Source of the DNA: an uncultured archaeon
GTDB lineage: Archaea; Iainarchaeota; Iainarchaeia; Iainarchaeales; Iainarchaeaceae
Length of the DNA: 32,000 nt
Assembly (NCBI GenBank): GCA_964577555.1
Contig: CAZNZM010000002.1
Coordinates: 33,012 to 65,011 of the forward strand
Direction of reading: 5' to 3'
Shown here: piece after piece, positions 24,708-32,000 of the stretch
Layout of the letters: every line of letters starts with the position of its first letter
Numbering within the stretch: position 1 is the stretch's first letter
Notes under the pieces: generated by a model
What the model was told of the DNA's origin: nothing
Database searches by the model: none
The model's input: the letters and a program-made list of their open reading frames with translations, nothing else
Translations under genes and position numbers: made by a program

Positions 24708-27119
24708 ATGGATAAGAAAAACAAGATTGTTTTGTGGTTTGATGAGATTGGTATAGAGGATGTGCCTCTTGTAGGGGGCAAGAATGCTTCTTTAGGTGAG
24801 ATGTATAGGCAGTTGTCTTCTAAGGGGGTTAGGGTGCCTAATGGTTTTGCGCTTACTGCTTTTGCTTATAGGCTTTTTATGGAAAAAACAGGGCTTAGGG
24901 AAATGATAAAGTCAGAGTTGAAGGGGCTTGATACAAGTGATATGGATTCGCTTGCCAAAAAGGGGCATAATATTAGGCAAATGATTGTTAAGGCTCAAAT
25001 GCCTAAGGAAATTGAAGACGAGATTGTTGTTGCTTATAAGAAACTTGAAGACCAATATGGTAAGGGTGTTGATGTTGCTGTAAGGAGTTCTGCTACTGCT
25101 GAGGATTTGCCTGATGCGAGTTTTGCGGGTCAACAGGAAACTTATCTTAATGTGAGGGGTTATGCTGATGTTGTTAATGCTTCAAAAAAATGCATAGCTT
25201 CGCTTTTCACTAATAGGGCTATTTCGTATCGTGTTGACAAGAATTTTGATCATTTTTCTATTGCCCTTTCTGTTGGCGTTCAGAAGATGGTTCGTTCCGA
25301 TCTTGCGTGTAGCGGTGTGATGTTTACTATTGATACTGAAACAGGTTTTGACAAGGTTGTGCTTATAAGCGGGGCTTGGGGGCTTGGCGAGAGTGTTGTG
25401 CAAGGGGCTGTTAATCCTGATCAGTATATTGTTTTTAAGCCAACTCTTGAAAATGGTTTTAGGCCGATTTTGAGTAAGAAGCTGGGCGAAAAGGCTATTA
25501 AAATAGTTTATAGCCATGAGGGGCTTAAGCCTGTAAAAACAGTCAGTACTTCAGAAAGGGAGCGTCACAAGTTTACTCTTTCTGATGATGAAATTCTTCA
25601 ATTGGCCAAATGGGGTGTTGAGATAGAGAAGCATTATACTTCTAAGCGTGGCAGGAAAACTCCTATGGATATTGAGTGGGCCAAGGATGGTCATACTGGG
25701 GAGCTTTTTATTGTCCAGGCTAGGCCTGAAACAGTGCAAAGCCAAAAAGATAGGAGTGTTTTTGAGCAATATGTTTTGAAGGGCAAGGGCAAGGTTTTGG
25801 TTGAAGGTGAAGCAATTGGTGAAAAAATTGGTTTTGGAAGGGCTCGTGTGATTGCTGATGTTTCAAAGATAAGCGAGTTCAGGAAAGGCGAGGTTTTGGT
25901 TACTGATACTACTGATCCTGATTGGGAGCCTATAATGAAAATTGCTTCTGCAATTGTGACTGAGCGTGGAGGCAGGACTTCTCATGCTGCTATTGTTTCT
26001 CGTGAACTTGGTATTCCTGCTATTGTTGGAACTAATAATGCTACTGAAAGGATTCGCACTGGAAAAATGGTTACTGTGTCTTGTGCTGAAGGTGAAAGGG
26101 GCAGGGTTTATGATGGCAAGTTGCAGTTTGAAGTCAGAAAGGTTGATTTAAAGTTTCTTCCAAAGACGCGTACTAAATTGATGATGAATGTTGGGAATCC
26201 TGAGCAGGCTTTGGAGTTTGCTTCTATTCCGAATGATGGTGTTGGTTTGGCTCGTGAAGAGTTTATTGTGAATTCTTATATTAAGATTCATCCTAATGCT
26301 TTGTTGCATTTTGTCGAGTTGAAGGATGAAAAGGCGAGGCATGAAATTTTGAGGTTGACTTTTGGTTACAAGGACAAGGTGCAGTTTTATATTGACAAGC
26401 TTGCTGAGGGTATTGCAATGATTTCTGCGGCGTTTTATCCTAACCCTGTAATTTTGCGGTTTTCAGATTTCAAGTCAAACGAGTATGCTAATTTGATTGG
26501 TGGCAGTCAATTTGAGCCAAAGGAAGAGAATCCGATGATTGGTTGGCGCGGTGCTTCTCGTTATTATGATCCTAATTTTAGAGAGGCTTTTGGTTTGGAA
26601 TGTGCTGCGGTAAAGAAGGTGCGCGAGGAAATGGGTCTTGTGAATTTGAAGGTTATGATTCCTTTTTGCAGAACTGTTGAAGAAGGAAGAAAGTGCATTG
26701 CTGAAATGGCTAAAAATGGGTTAAAGCAAGGCAAGGATGGTCTTGAAGTTTATGTGATGTGCGAGATACCTTCTAATGTTATTCTTGCTGAGGAGTTTTG
26801 CAAGGTTTTTGACGGTTTTTCGATTGGGAGCAATGATTTGACTCAACTTGCTCTTGGGCTTGACAGGGATTCTGGTATTGTGACTCATATTGCAAATGAA
26901 AAAAATGAGGCTGTGAAGCGATTAATCAGCCAAGTTATTAAAGTTGCCAAGTCGAATAACAAGAAGATTGGTATTTGTGGTCAAGCGCCTTCAGATTTTC
27001 CGGACTTTGCCGAATTTCTTGTTGAACAAGGCATTGATTCGATTTCGCTTAATCCTGATACTGTTTTAAAGACAAGGCAAATTATTGCAAAAAAGGAAAA
27101 AGAGCTCAAAATAATTTGA
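24708..27119 (+). CDS. ppsA: Phosphoenolpyruvate synthase (pyruvate, water dikinase)
   Basis: 803-aa ORF with an ATP-grasp N-terminal domain, the phosphohistidine swivel motif GGRTSHAAIVSRELGIPAIVG, and a C-terminal PEP-utilising TIM barrel with GSNDLTQL and ICGQAPSD. Confidence 0.95.
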   Translation: MDKKNKIVLWFDEIGIEDVPLVGGKNASLGEMYRQLSSKGVRVPNGFALTAFAYRLFMEKTGLREMIKSELKGLDTSDMDSLAKKGHNIRQMIVKAQMPKEIEDEIVVAYKKLEDQYGKGVDVAVRSSATAEDLPDASFAGQQETYLNVRGYADVVNASKKCIASLFTNRAISYRVDKNFDHFSIALSVGVQKMVRSDLACSGVMFTIDTETGFDKVVLISGAWGLGESVVQGAVNPDQYIVFKPTLENGFRPILSKKLGEKAIKIVYSHEGLKPVKTVSTSERERHKFTLSDDEILQLAKWGVEIEKHYTSKRGRKTPMDIEWAKDGHTGELFIVQARPETVQSQKDRSVFEQYVLKGKGKVLVEGEAIGEKIGFGRARVIADVSKISEFRKGEVLVTDTTDPDWEPIMKIASAIVTERGGRTSHAAIVSRELGIPAIVGTNNATERIRTGKMVTVSCAEGERGRVYDGKLQFEVRKVDLKFLPKTRTKLMMNVGNPEQALEFASIPNDGVGLAREEFIVNSYIKIHPNALLHFVELKDEKARHEILRLTFGYKDKVQFYIDKLAEGIAMISAAFYPNPVILRFSDFKSNEYANLIGGSQFEPKEENPMIGWRGASRYYDPNFREAFGLECAAVKKVREEMGLVNLKVMIPFCRTVEEGRKCIAEMAKNGLKQGKDGLEVYVMCEIPSNVILAEEFCKVFDGFSIGSNDLTQLALGLDRDSGIVTHIANEKNEAVKRLISQVIKVAKSNNKKIGICGQAPSDFPDFAEFLVEQGIDSISLNPDTVLKTRQIIAKKEKELKII

Positions 27120-27128
27120 TTGTTTTGG

Positions 27129-27201
27129 TGGGCCCGGCAGGAATTGAACCTGCTACCTCCACCGTGTCAAGGTGACGTCATAACCGATAGACCACGGGCC
27201 C
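27129..27201 (-). tRNA. tRNA-Val(GAC)
   Basis: The reverse complement folds by hand. Acceptor is GGGCCCG/CGGGCCC with discriminator A, the anticodon arm is TCACC-TTGACAC-GGTGG (anticodon GAC), and the T arm is GCAGG-TTCAATT-CCTGC. A genomically encoded CCA follows at 27126-27128. Confidence 0.85.
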
Positions 27202-27285
27202 AACAAGTTTTCGTTATTGAATTGGCTTAAATAATATTAAAAAGGTTGATTTTTTCTTTTCATTTGATGTTTTTTTTGAGTTTTT

Positions 27286-28317
27286 TTAGTTTAAAAATTT
27301 TGTTTGGTGGCAACTAAGCGTTTCTTTTTTTTGGGTTGTTTTGACAATTTTTTGTTTTTCTGTTTTGTTTAATTTTTTTAATTGTTTGCAGGTTCCGCAT
27401 ATTTCGCCGTTGCATGGTTCGCCGCATATTATGCATTCTTTGAACTTTGCTTCTTTTTCTTTTTCTATTTTTTTGAGCAGTGGCTTTAATTGTTTGTGTG
27501 CTTCAAGTATTTTGAATTTTGTTCCGGGAAAATTGTTTTCCAGTTCGTTTAGCATTTGTCTGTAATAATTTCTTTTAGCCATCCAAGAGTATGGGCAACA
27601 TTCTTGGCTGTAATATTCTATTCTTTTCATGTTTGCGTATGCTATTATTTCTTTTTCTGGAGTTTCGTAGAGTGGTTTTATTCTTGGAACCAGTTTTTTG
27701 TTTTTTCTTTGTCCTGTTGTTTCTCCGCTTCGTGCAATTCTTGTCAAGTCGTTGTCTGTAATGCTCATTATTATGCTTTGGACTTCGTCGTCTAGGTTGT
27801 GTCCTGTTGCGAGTTTGTCAGCGCCTATTTCTGTTGCTTTTTCGTTTAGTATTTTTCTTCTAAAAACCCCGCAGAATGAACATGTGCTTCCAAGCGATTT
27901 GTCTTTTGTTATTTTTTCCATTGTTTCGTGCATGTCAATTCCTATTTCTTTTTCAAATTTTGCGATTTGGTATTCTATGTTGTTTTTGTCGCAGTATCTT
28001 TTTGCGATTTCTATTGCCTTGTCTCTGTATCCTTTTATTCCTTCGTCAATCATTATTGCTGTTATTTTATTGTGTTTTGTTTTTCCGAATAGTTCGTTCA
28101 GTATGTGTAGCGTTACCATTGAGTCTTTTCCTCCTGATACTCCTACTGCTATTTTTTCTCCGTATTTTAGCATGCCTTCTTTGGCAGTGGTTTTTTTTAT
28201 TCTTTTTTCAAATAGTTCGATGAAGTGCTTTTTGCACAAGTTGTGTGGCCCGTATGGCAAGACTATTGTTGTCTGTTCATTGCATCTGTCGCATTTGTTG
28301 TTTATTTTCAGTTCCAT
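27286..28317 (-). CDS. PP-loop ATPase, TtuA/Ncs6-type tRNA 2-thiolation protein
   Basis: 343-aa ORF with PP-loop VGVSGGKDSMV, an N-terminal CDRC...C cluster, central CSFCG and C-terminal CIICGEPC...CGTC zinc/Fe-S cysteine clusters, as in the TtuA/Ncs6/CTU1 family. Confidence 0.8.
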   Translation of the reverse strand: MELKINNKCDRCNEQTTIVLPYGPHNLCKKHFIELFEKRIKKTTAKEGMLKYGEKIAVGVSGGKDSMVTLHILNELFGKTKHNKITAIMIDEGIKGYRDKAIEIAKRYCDKNNIEYQIAKFEKEIGIDMHETMEKITKDKSLGSTCSFCGVFRRKILNEKATEIGADKLATGHNLDDEVQSIIMSITDNDLTRIARSGETTGQRKNKKLVPRIKPLYETPEKEIIAYANMKRIEYYSQECCPYSWMAKRNYYRQMLNELENNFPGTKFKILEAHKQLKPLLKKIEKEKEAKFKECIICGEPCNGEICGTCKQLKKLNKTEKQKIVKTTQKKETLSCHQTKFLN

Positions 28318-28406
28318 TATTTAGAATTTTGTTTAAAAGGTTTTAAAATACTCGGGTAATTGGGTGTTCATTTTTAAATATTTTTCACTATTGTTTTCAA
28401 AATAAG

Positions 28407-28415
28407 TTTTATATT
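28407..28415 (+). promoter_or_regulatory. TATA-box candidate upstream of rpl15e
   Basis: TTTTATATT lies in the divergent spacer, about 55 nt upstream of the ATG at 28471. Confidence 0.35.
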
Positions 28416-28470
28416 ACTTCTCTATAAGGATTAATTGTCTAAAAGAGGATTTTTTTGTGAAGTGGTTTCA

Positions 28471-29076
28471 ATGAGTTTTTCAAAACATGTTTCAAGTACT
28501 TTCCAAAAAGAGTTCAAGAAGTCTAGAAAGGATGGCGCTTATAATTATGCCGCAATTTTTAGAAATAGGGTTATTGAGCAAAGAAAGAAGGGTGTTGCTG
28601 TTGTTAGGCTTGACGGTCCTACAAATATTCCGAGGGCTCGTTCTTTGGGTTATAAGGCTAAACAAGGTGTTTTTGTTGTATTGGTTAGGGTTAGGAAGGG
28701 TTCTGGGCTTAAAAGGAGGCCTTCTAGTGGAAGAAAGCCAAAGCAAATGGGTATTTCAAAGCTAACTAGGAGGATTTCAAGGCAGTCAATGGCTGAAATT
28801 AAGGCTTCTGCCAAATATCCTAATTGTGAAGTGTTGAATAGTTATTGGGTTGGCGAGGATGGTTTGAATACTTTTTATGAAGTCATTTTAGTTGATACAA
28901 ATAGTCCTTCTGTTAAGTCTGATAAGTCTTTAAAGTGGATTTCTTCTGGTAAGCATAGGGGCAGAGCAGAGCGTGGAAAGACTTCTAGTGCAAGAAAAAG
29001 CAGGGGTTTGAAGCGTGGAAAAGGGCATGAAAAAAATTTTCCTAGTTTGAGGGCCAAGCATAGGCTTGCAAAGTGA
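28471..29076 (+). CDS. rpl15e: 50S ribosomal protein L15e (eL15)
   Basis: 201 aa from the ATG at 28471. It contains RLDGPTNIPRARSLGYKAKQGVFVVLVRVRKG and YWVGEDGLNTFYEVILVD plus a basic tail. The track ORF start at 28435 adds 12 unlikely residues. Confidence 0.9.
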   Translation: MSFSKHVSSTFQKEFKKSRKDGAYNYAAIFRNRVIEQRKKGVAVVRLDGPTNIPRARSLGYKAKQGVFVVLVRVRKGSGLKRRPSSGRKPKQMGISKLTRRISRQSMAEIKASAKYPNCEVLNSYWVGEDGLNTFYEVILVDTNSPSVKSDKSLKWISSGKHRGRAERGKTSSARKSRGLKRGKGHEKNFPSLRAKHRLAK

Positions 29077-29116
29077 ATTTATTGCTATTTAATATTTTTT
29101 GTCTTAATTTTTATTC

Positions 29117-29725
29117 ATGCTTGATTTGACATTTGGTTATTGTCCTGTTTCGGGGTTGGCTTCAAAGCTTAATGTGAAGGCTTTTGTTGTTGCCGGTTTT
29201 TTCAAAAAAGATTTGCCGAAATCAAGTGATTTTGATTTTTATTCGTGCAGTGTTTTTTCAAAGCCTGATTTTTCTGGTTTGAAGAAATCAAGGCTTTTAT
29301 CAGATTTTGTTGCTGTTGATGGTTGTTCTCCTGAATTGTGTGCTTGGGCTGCCAATTCCAAAGTTGATTTGCTTCTTCAGCCTTTTAGCGTTGAAGGAAA
29401 TTTTGTTGATTCTGAAACCGCAGGTATTTTGTCTCGAAATAATGTTTTTGTCGGCATTTTGTTTTCCGAATTTTTGAAGTTGAATGGTTATCAAAGGCAG
29501 TTGTTGTTGAAAAATGCGGTTCAGTGTATTAAGGTTCTTGAAAATGCAGGTGTAAAAATAGTTTTTTTTTCAGGTGCTGAAAACGAGTTTCAATTGCGCT
29601 CTCCTCGTGATTTTTCTTCTTTTGGAGTTTTGTTGGGTTTGAAGCGTGAAAGTGCTTTGAGGTGCGTGAAGCAAAATTTGAGTTTGTTTTTGGGGCGATT
29701 GCATGAGGGTTCCAAGTCAAATTGA
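29117..29725 (+). CDS. rnp3: RNase P protein component 3 (Rpp30 homolog)
   Basis: 202-aa ORF. DFVAVDG, VDLLLQPF, NNVFVGILFSEFL and VKIVFFSGAENEFQLRSPRD fit the Rpp30 TIM-barrel pattern. Its position between L15e and Pop5 matches the archaeal exosome/RNase P superoperon. Confidence 0.7.
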   Translation: MLDLTFGYCPVSGLASKLNVKAFVVAGFFKKDLPKSSDFDFYSCSVFSKPDFSGLKKSRLLSDFVAVDGCSPELCAWAANSKVDLLLQPFSVEGNFVDSETAGILSRNNVFVGILFSEFLKLNGYQRQLLLKNAVQCIKVLENAGVKIVFFSGAENEFQLRSPRDFSSFGVLLGLKRESALRCVKQNLSLFLGRLHEGSKSN

Positions 29726-30245
29726 ATGCGAAGAGTTATTGAAAAAATACGCTGTGCCTGAGAATATTATTGCTCATACTGCTATGGTTAGAAAGGTTGC
29801 GAATTTTCTTGCTTTAAAAATTTCAATGAGGGGTGTAAAAGTTGATTTGGAAGCTGTTGACAAAGGTGCGTTGCTTCATGATTTGATGAAAATGTATTGT
29901 ATAAAGAACGGTTGCAGGCATGCTGCAGAGGCTGAGAAGGTTCTGGCTGGTTTGGGTTATCGTGAATTCGGGTTTTTGTTGAAGTTACATGGCCTTGAAG
30001 AAGTTAATTATTTTGACGATAATACTCCTATAGAAGCTAAAATAATTTGGTATGCTGATAAAAGGGTTAATCATGATAAAGTGGTTTCTATGGATCAGCG
30101 GTATGAGTATTTGAAGGAGCGTTATGGTTCTATTTCAAAGGGAAAGATGGATGAAATAATTGGAACTGAAAAGAATTCAAAAAGGTTGGAAAAAGAATTG
30201 CTTGGTTTGGCAGGTGTTAACGAATCTTTGGAGGGTTTGTTGTGA
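29703..30245 (+). CDS. HD-domain metal-dependent phosphohydrolase
   Basis: 180-aa ORF with IIAHTAMVRKVANFLA (His) and GALLHDLMK (HD dyad). It overlaps rnp3 by 23 nt and the next gene by 4 nt. Confidence 0.7.
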   Translation: MRVPSQIECEELLKKYAVPENIIAHTAMVRKVANFLALKISMRGVKVDLEAVDKGALLHDLMKMYCIKNGCRHAAEAEKVLAGLGYREFGFLLKLHGLEEVNYFDDNTPIEAKIIWYADKRVNHDKVVSMDQRYEYLKERYGSISKGKMDEIIGTEKNSKRLEKELLGLAGVNESLEGLL

Positions 30246-30583
30246 CAAAAGTTAAGAAGTTTGTTAATCCTATTCCAAGGGTTTTGCGTGGCAAGAAAAG
30301 GTATTTAAAATTTGCTTTTTTGTCTTTAAAAAGTTTTTCCGAAAAATCTGTTTGGTCTTCTGTCATGAGTGTTTTTTTTCAGCTTTTTGGCGAGGTTGGT
30401 TTGGCAAATCAGAAGCTTTGGTTTGTGTCTTGGAATCAGGATAAATGTGAAGGTATTATTCGCTGTAGCCATGATTCGGTTGAGCATGTAAAAGCCGGTT
30501 TGTTGTTTGTGCAGGAAATTGATAGTGATAAGGTAATTCCTGTTTTGCTTAAGGTTTCTGGTTCTATTAAGAAGTTGAAGTGA
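30242..30583 (+). CDS. rnp2: RNase P protein component 2 (Pop5/Rpp14 homolog)
   Basis: 113-aa ORF with a GTG start. KKRYLKFAF, LFGEVGLA, EGIIRCSHDSV and KVSGSIKKLK match the Pop5 pattern. Confidence 0.75.
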   Translation: MTKVKKFVNPIPRVLRGKKRYLKFAFLSLKSFSEKSVWSSVMSVFFQLFGEVGLANQKLWFVSWNQDKCEGIIRCSHDSVEHVKAGLLFVQEIDSDKVIPVLLKVSGSIKKLK

Positions 30584-30628
30584 TTTTTTTTGGTTATTAT
30601 TATTTTTTTGGTTTTTTTGAAAGTATTA

Positions 30629-30636
30629 TTTATATA
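30629..30636 (+). promoter_or_regulatory. TATA-box candidate upstream of psmA
   Basis: Consensus-like TTTATATA lies 48 nt upstream of the TTG start at 30684. Confidence 0.45.
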
Positions 30637-30683
30637 CCTTACTATAATGAAATAGTATTGTTTTTCGAAGAGAGTGATTTGTT

Positions 30684-31406
30684 TTGTATCCAAGTTCTCA
30701 GCCTGCAAACTATGATCGTGCAGCCACGATGTTTTCGCCTGATGGAAGGCTTTATCAGGTGGAGTATGCATCTAAAATAGTTTCGCAAGGCACTATGGGT
30801 GTTGCTTGTAAGTTTTCTGATGGTGTTGTTTTTGCTGCTGATAAGAAGATAACCAGCAGGCTTTTGATTCCCGACTCTGTTGAGAAAATTTTTCCTATTG
30901 ATGATCATATTATTGCGGTTTCTGCGGGGCTTGTTGGTGATGCCAGGCGTCTTATTGGCATTGCTAGGCAGAAGGCTCAAGAGAATAGGATTTATTATGA
31001 TAGTGAGATTCAAATAGAGACTCTTGTTAAGGAAGTTTCAAACATAAAACAGCTTTATACTCAATATGGCGGTATGAGGCCTTTTGGCATTTCATTTATT
31101 GTTGGAGGTGTTGATAGTACTGGCAAGCGTCTTTTTGAAACAGAGCCTTCTGGTGCTCTTGCCGAATATCATGCAATTGCCATAGGCAAAAACAGGAATA
31201 AAGCCATGGATTTTTTTGAAAAGGAATATAAGGAGAATCTTTCAAGGGATGCTGGGGTAAGGCTTTTGCTTAAAGCTCTTGAGTTTGGGCTTGACGAGAA
31301 GGAGAAGCTTGACATTAAAAGGGTTCAAGTAATGTATGTTGATTCTTCAAAAAAGTTTACTTCCATATCCCAAGAAGAGCTTAAGTTAATAATTTCAAAA
31401 CAATGA
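30684..31406 (+). CDS. psmA: Proteasome subunit alpha
   Basis: 240-aa ORF with a TTG start. The N-terminal YDRAATMFSPDGRLYQVEYA is the alpha-subunit signature. Confidence 0.93.
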   Translation: MYPSSQPANYDRAATMFSPDGRLYQVEYASKIVSQGTMGVACKFSDGVVFAADKKITSRLLIPDSVEKIFPIDDHIIAVSAGLVGDARRLIGIARQKAQENRIYYDSEIQIETLVKEVSNIKQLYTQYGGMRPFGISFIVGGVDSTGKRLFETEPSGALAEYHAIAIGKNRNKAMDFFEKEYKENLSRDAGVRLLLKALEFGLDEKEKLDIKRVQVMYVDSSKKFTSISQEELKLIISKQ

Positions 31407-31449
31407 GTTTTGATTGAATTTGTTTTTTTTAGGGAAAAGGTAATTTAAA

Positions 31450-32000
31450 ATGGTAAGGGTAGAGGATGCGGTAATTGCTCGGTTTGAACATTCTGGGGAG
31501 AGATTTGAAATACTTGTAGATCCCAACCTTGCAATGGATTTGAAGCATGGCAAAGATGTTGATTTTGATGATCTTTTAGCCATTGATTCTATTTTCAAGG
31601 ATGCGCATAAGGGCGAGGTTAAGAGTGAGGAGTCTTTGAGAAAGGTTTTTGGAACCACTAATGTTTATGATGTTGCGAGGCGTATTATACTTGAAGGCGA
31701 GGTGCAATTGACAACTCAACAAAGGAAGGAGATTGCCGATAGGAAAAGAAAGGAGATAATTAATTTTATTTCAAGAAACGCTATGAATCCACAGACAAAG
31801 GCTCCGCATCCTGCCCAAAGAATTGAGGCTGCTCTTAATGAGCTTAAATTTAATGTTGATATAAATAAGCCTACTCAGGAGTTGGTGCAAGAGGCTCTTA
31901 AAGGCATTAGAAAGTTGCTTCCTATTTCAATGGATAAGCTTAATATTGCGGTAAAAATTCCTGCTGAGTTTTCAGGCAAGGCTTCTGTTATTTTGCATAA
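31450..32000 (+). CDS. sdo1: SBDS-family ribosome maturation protein (3' end outside window)
   Basis: The frame is open from the ATG at 31450 to the window end and is not in the supplied track. The translation MVRVEDAVIARFEHSGERFEILVDPNLAMDLKHGKDVDFDDLLAIDSIFKDAHKGE... matches the FYSH domain of SBDS. Its position after psmA is the conserved archaeal order. Confidence 0.85.
   Translation, partial: MVRVEDAVIARFEHSGERFEILVDPNLAMDLKHGKDVDFDDLLAIDSIFKDAHKGEVKSEESLRKVFGTTNVYDVARRIILEGEVQLTTQQRKEIADRKRKEIINFISRNAMNPQTKAPHPAQRIEAALNELKFNVDINKPTQELVQEALKGIRKLLPISMDKLNIAVKIPAEFSGKASVILH

Overview
The window is a compact, AT-rich archaeal chromosome segment. The gene set and tight packing suggest a small-genome, DPANN-like archaeon, but that is inference only. 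Almost all coding capacity is housekeeping: topoisomerase VI B and A, MCM, aIF-1A, aIF-2beta, aIF-5A, a RIO kinase, a KH protein, MetRS, ribosomal protein L15e, RNase P proteins Rpp30 and Pop5, proteasome alpha, SBDS, an Sm-like protein, PEP synthase, ADP-forming acetyl-CoA synthetase alpha, a presenilin-type protease, a TtuA/Ncs6-type PP-loop enzyme, and two tRNAs, one of them intron-containing. I saw no CRISPR array, transposase, integrase or recognisable defence genes. Four things stand out. (1) Five 310-500 bp T-tract islands all have the same strand polarity and share a GCGAGCC-cored motif; two of them share a 51-nt block that is 50/51 identical. Gene orientation and simple oligo-T termination do not explain them. 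(2) Synonymous codon choice flips with gene orientation, which indicates a strong strand-compositional asymmetry. (3) MetRS carries a C-terminal B3/B4-type domain in place of the usual tRNA-binding appendage. (4) A NYN / unknown / Roadblock-like / MinD-like gene cluster is followed by a 562-aa coiled-coil protein. All calls come from reading the sequence and the supplied ORF track; no database search was possible.
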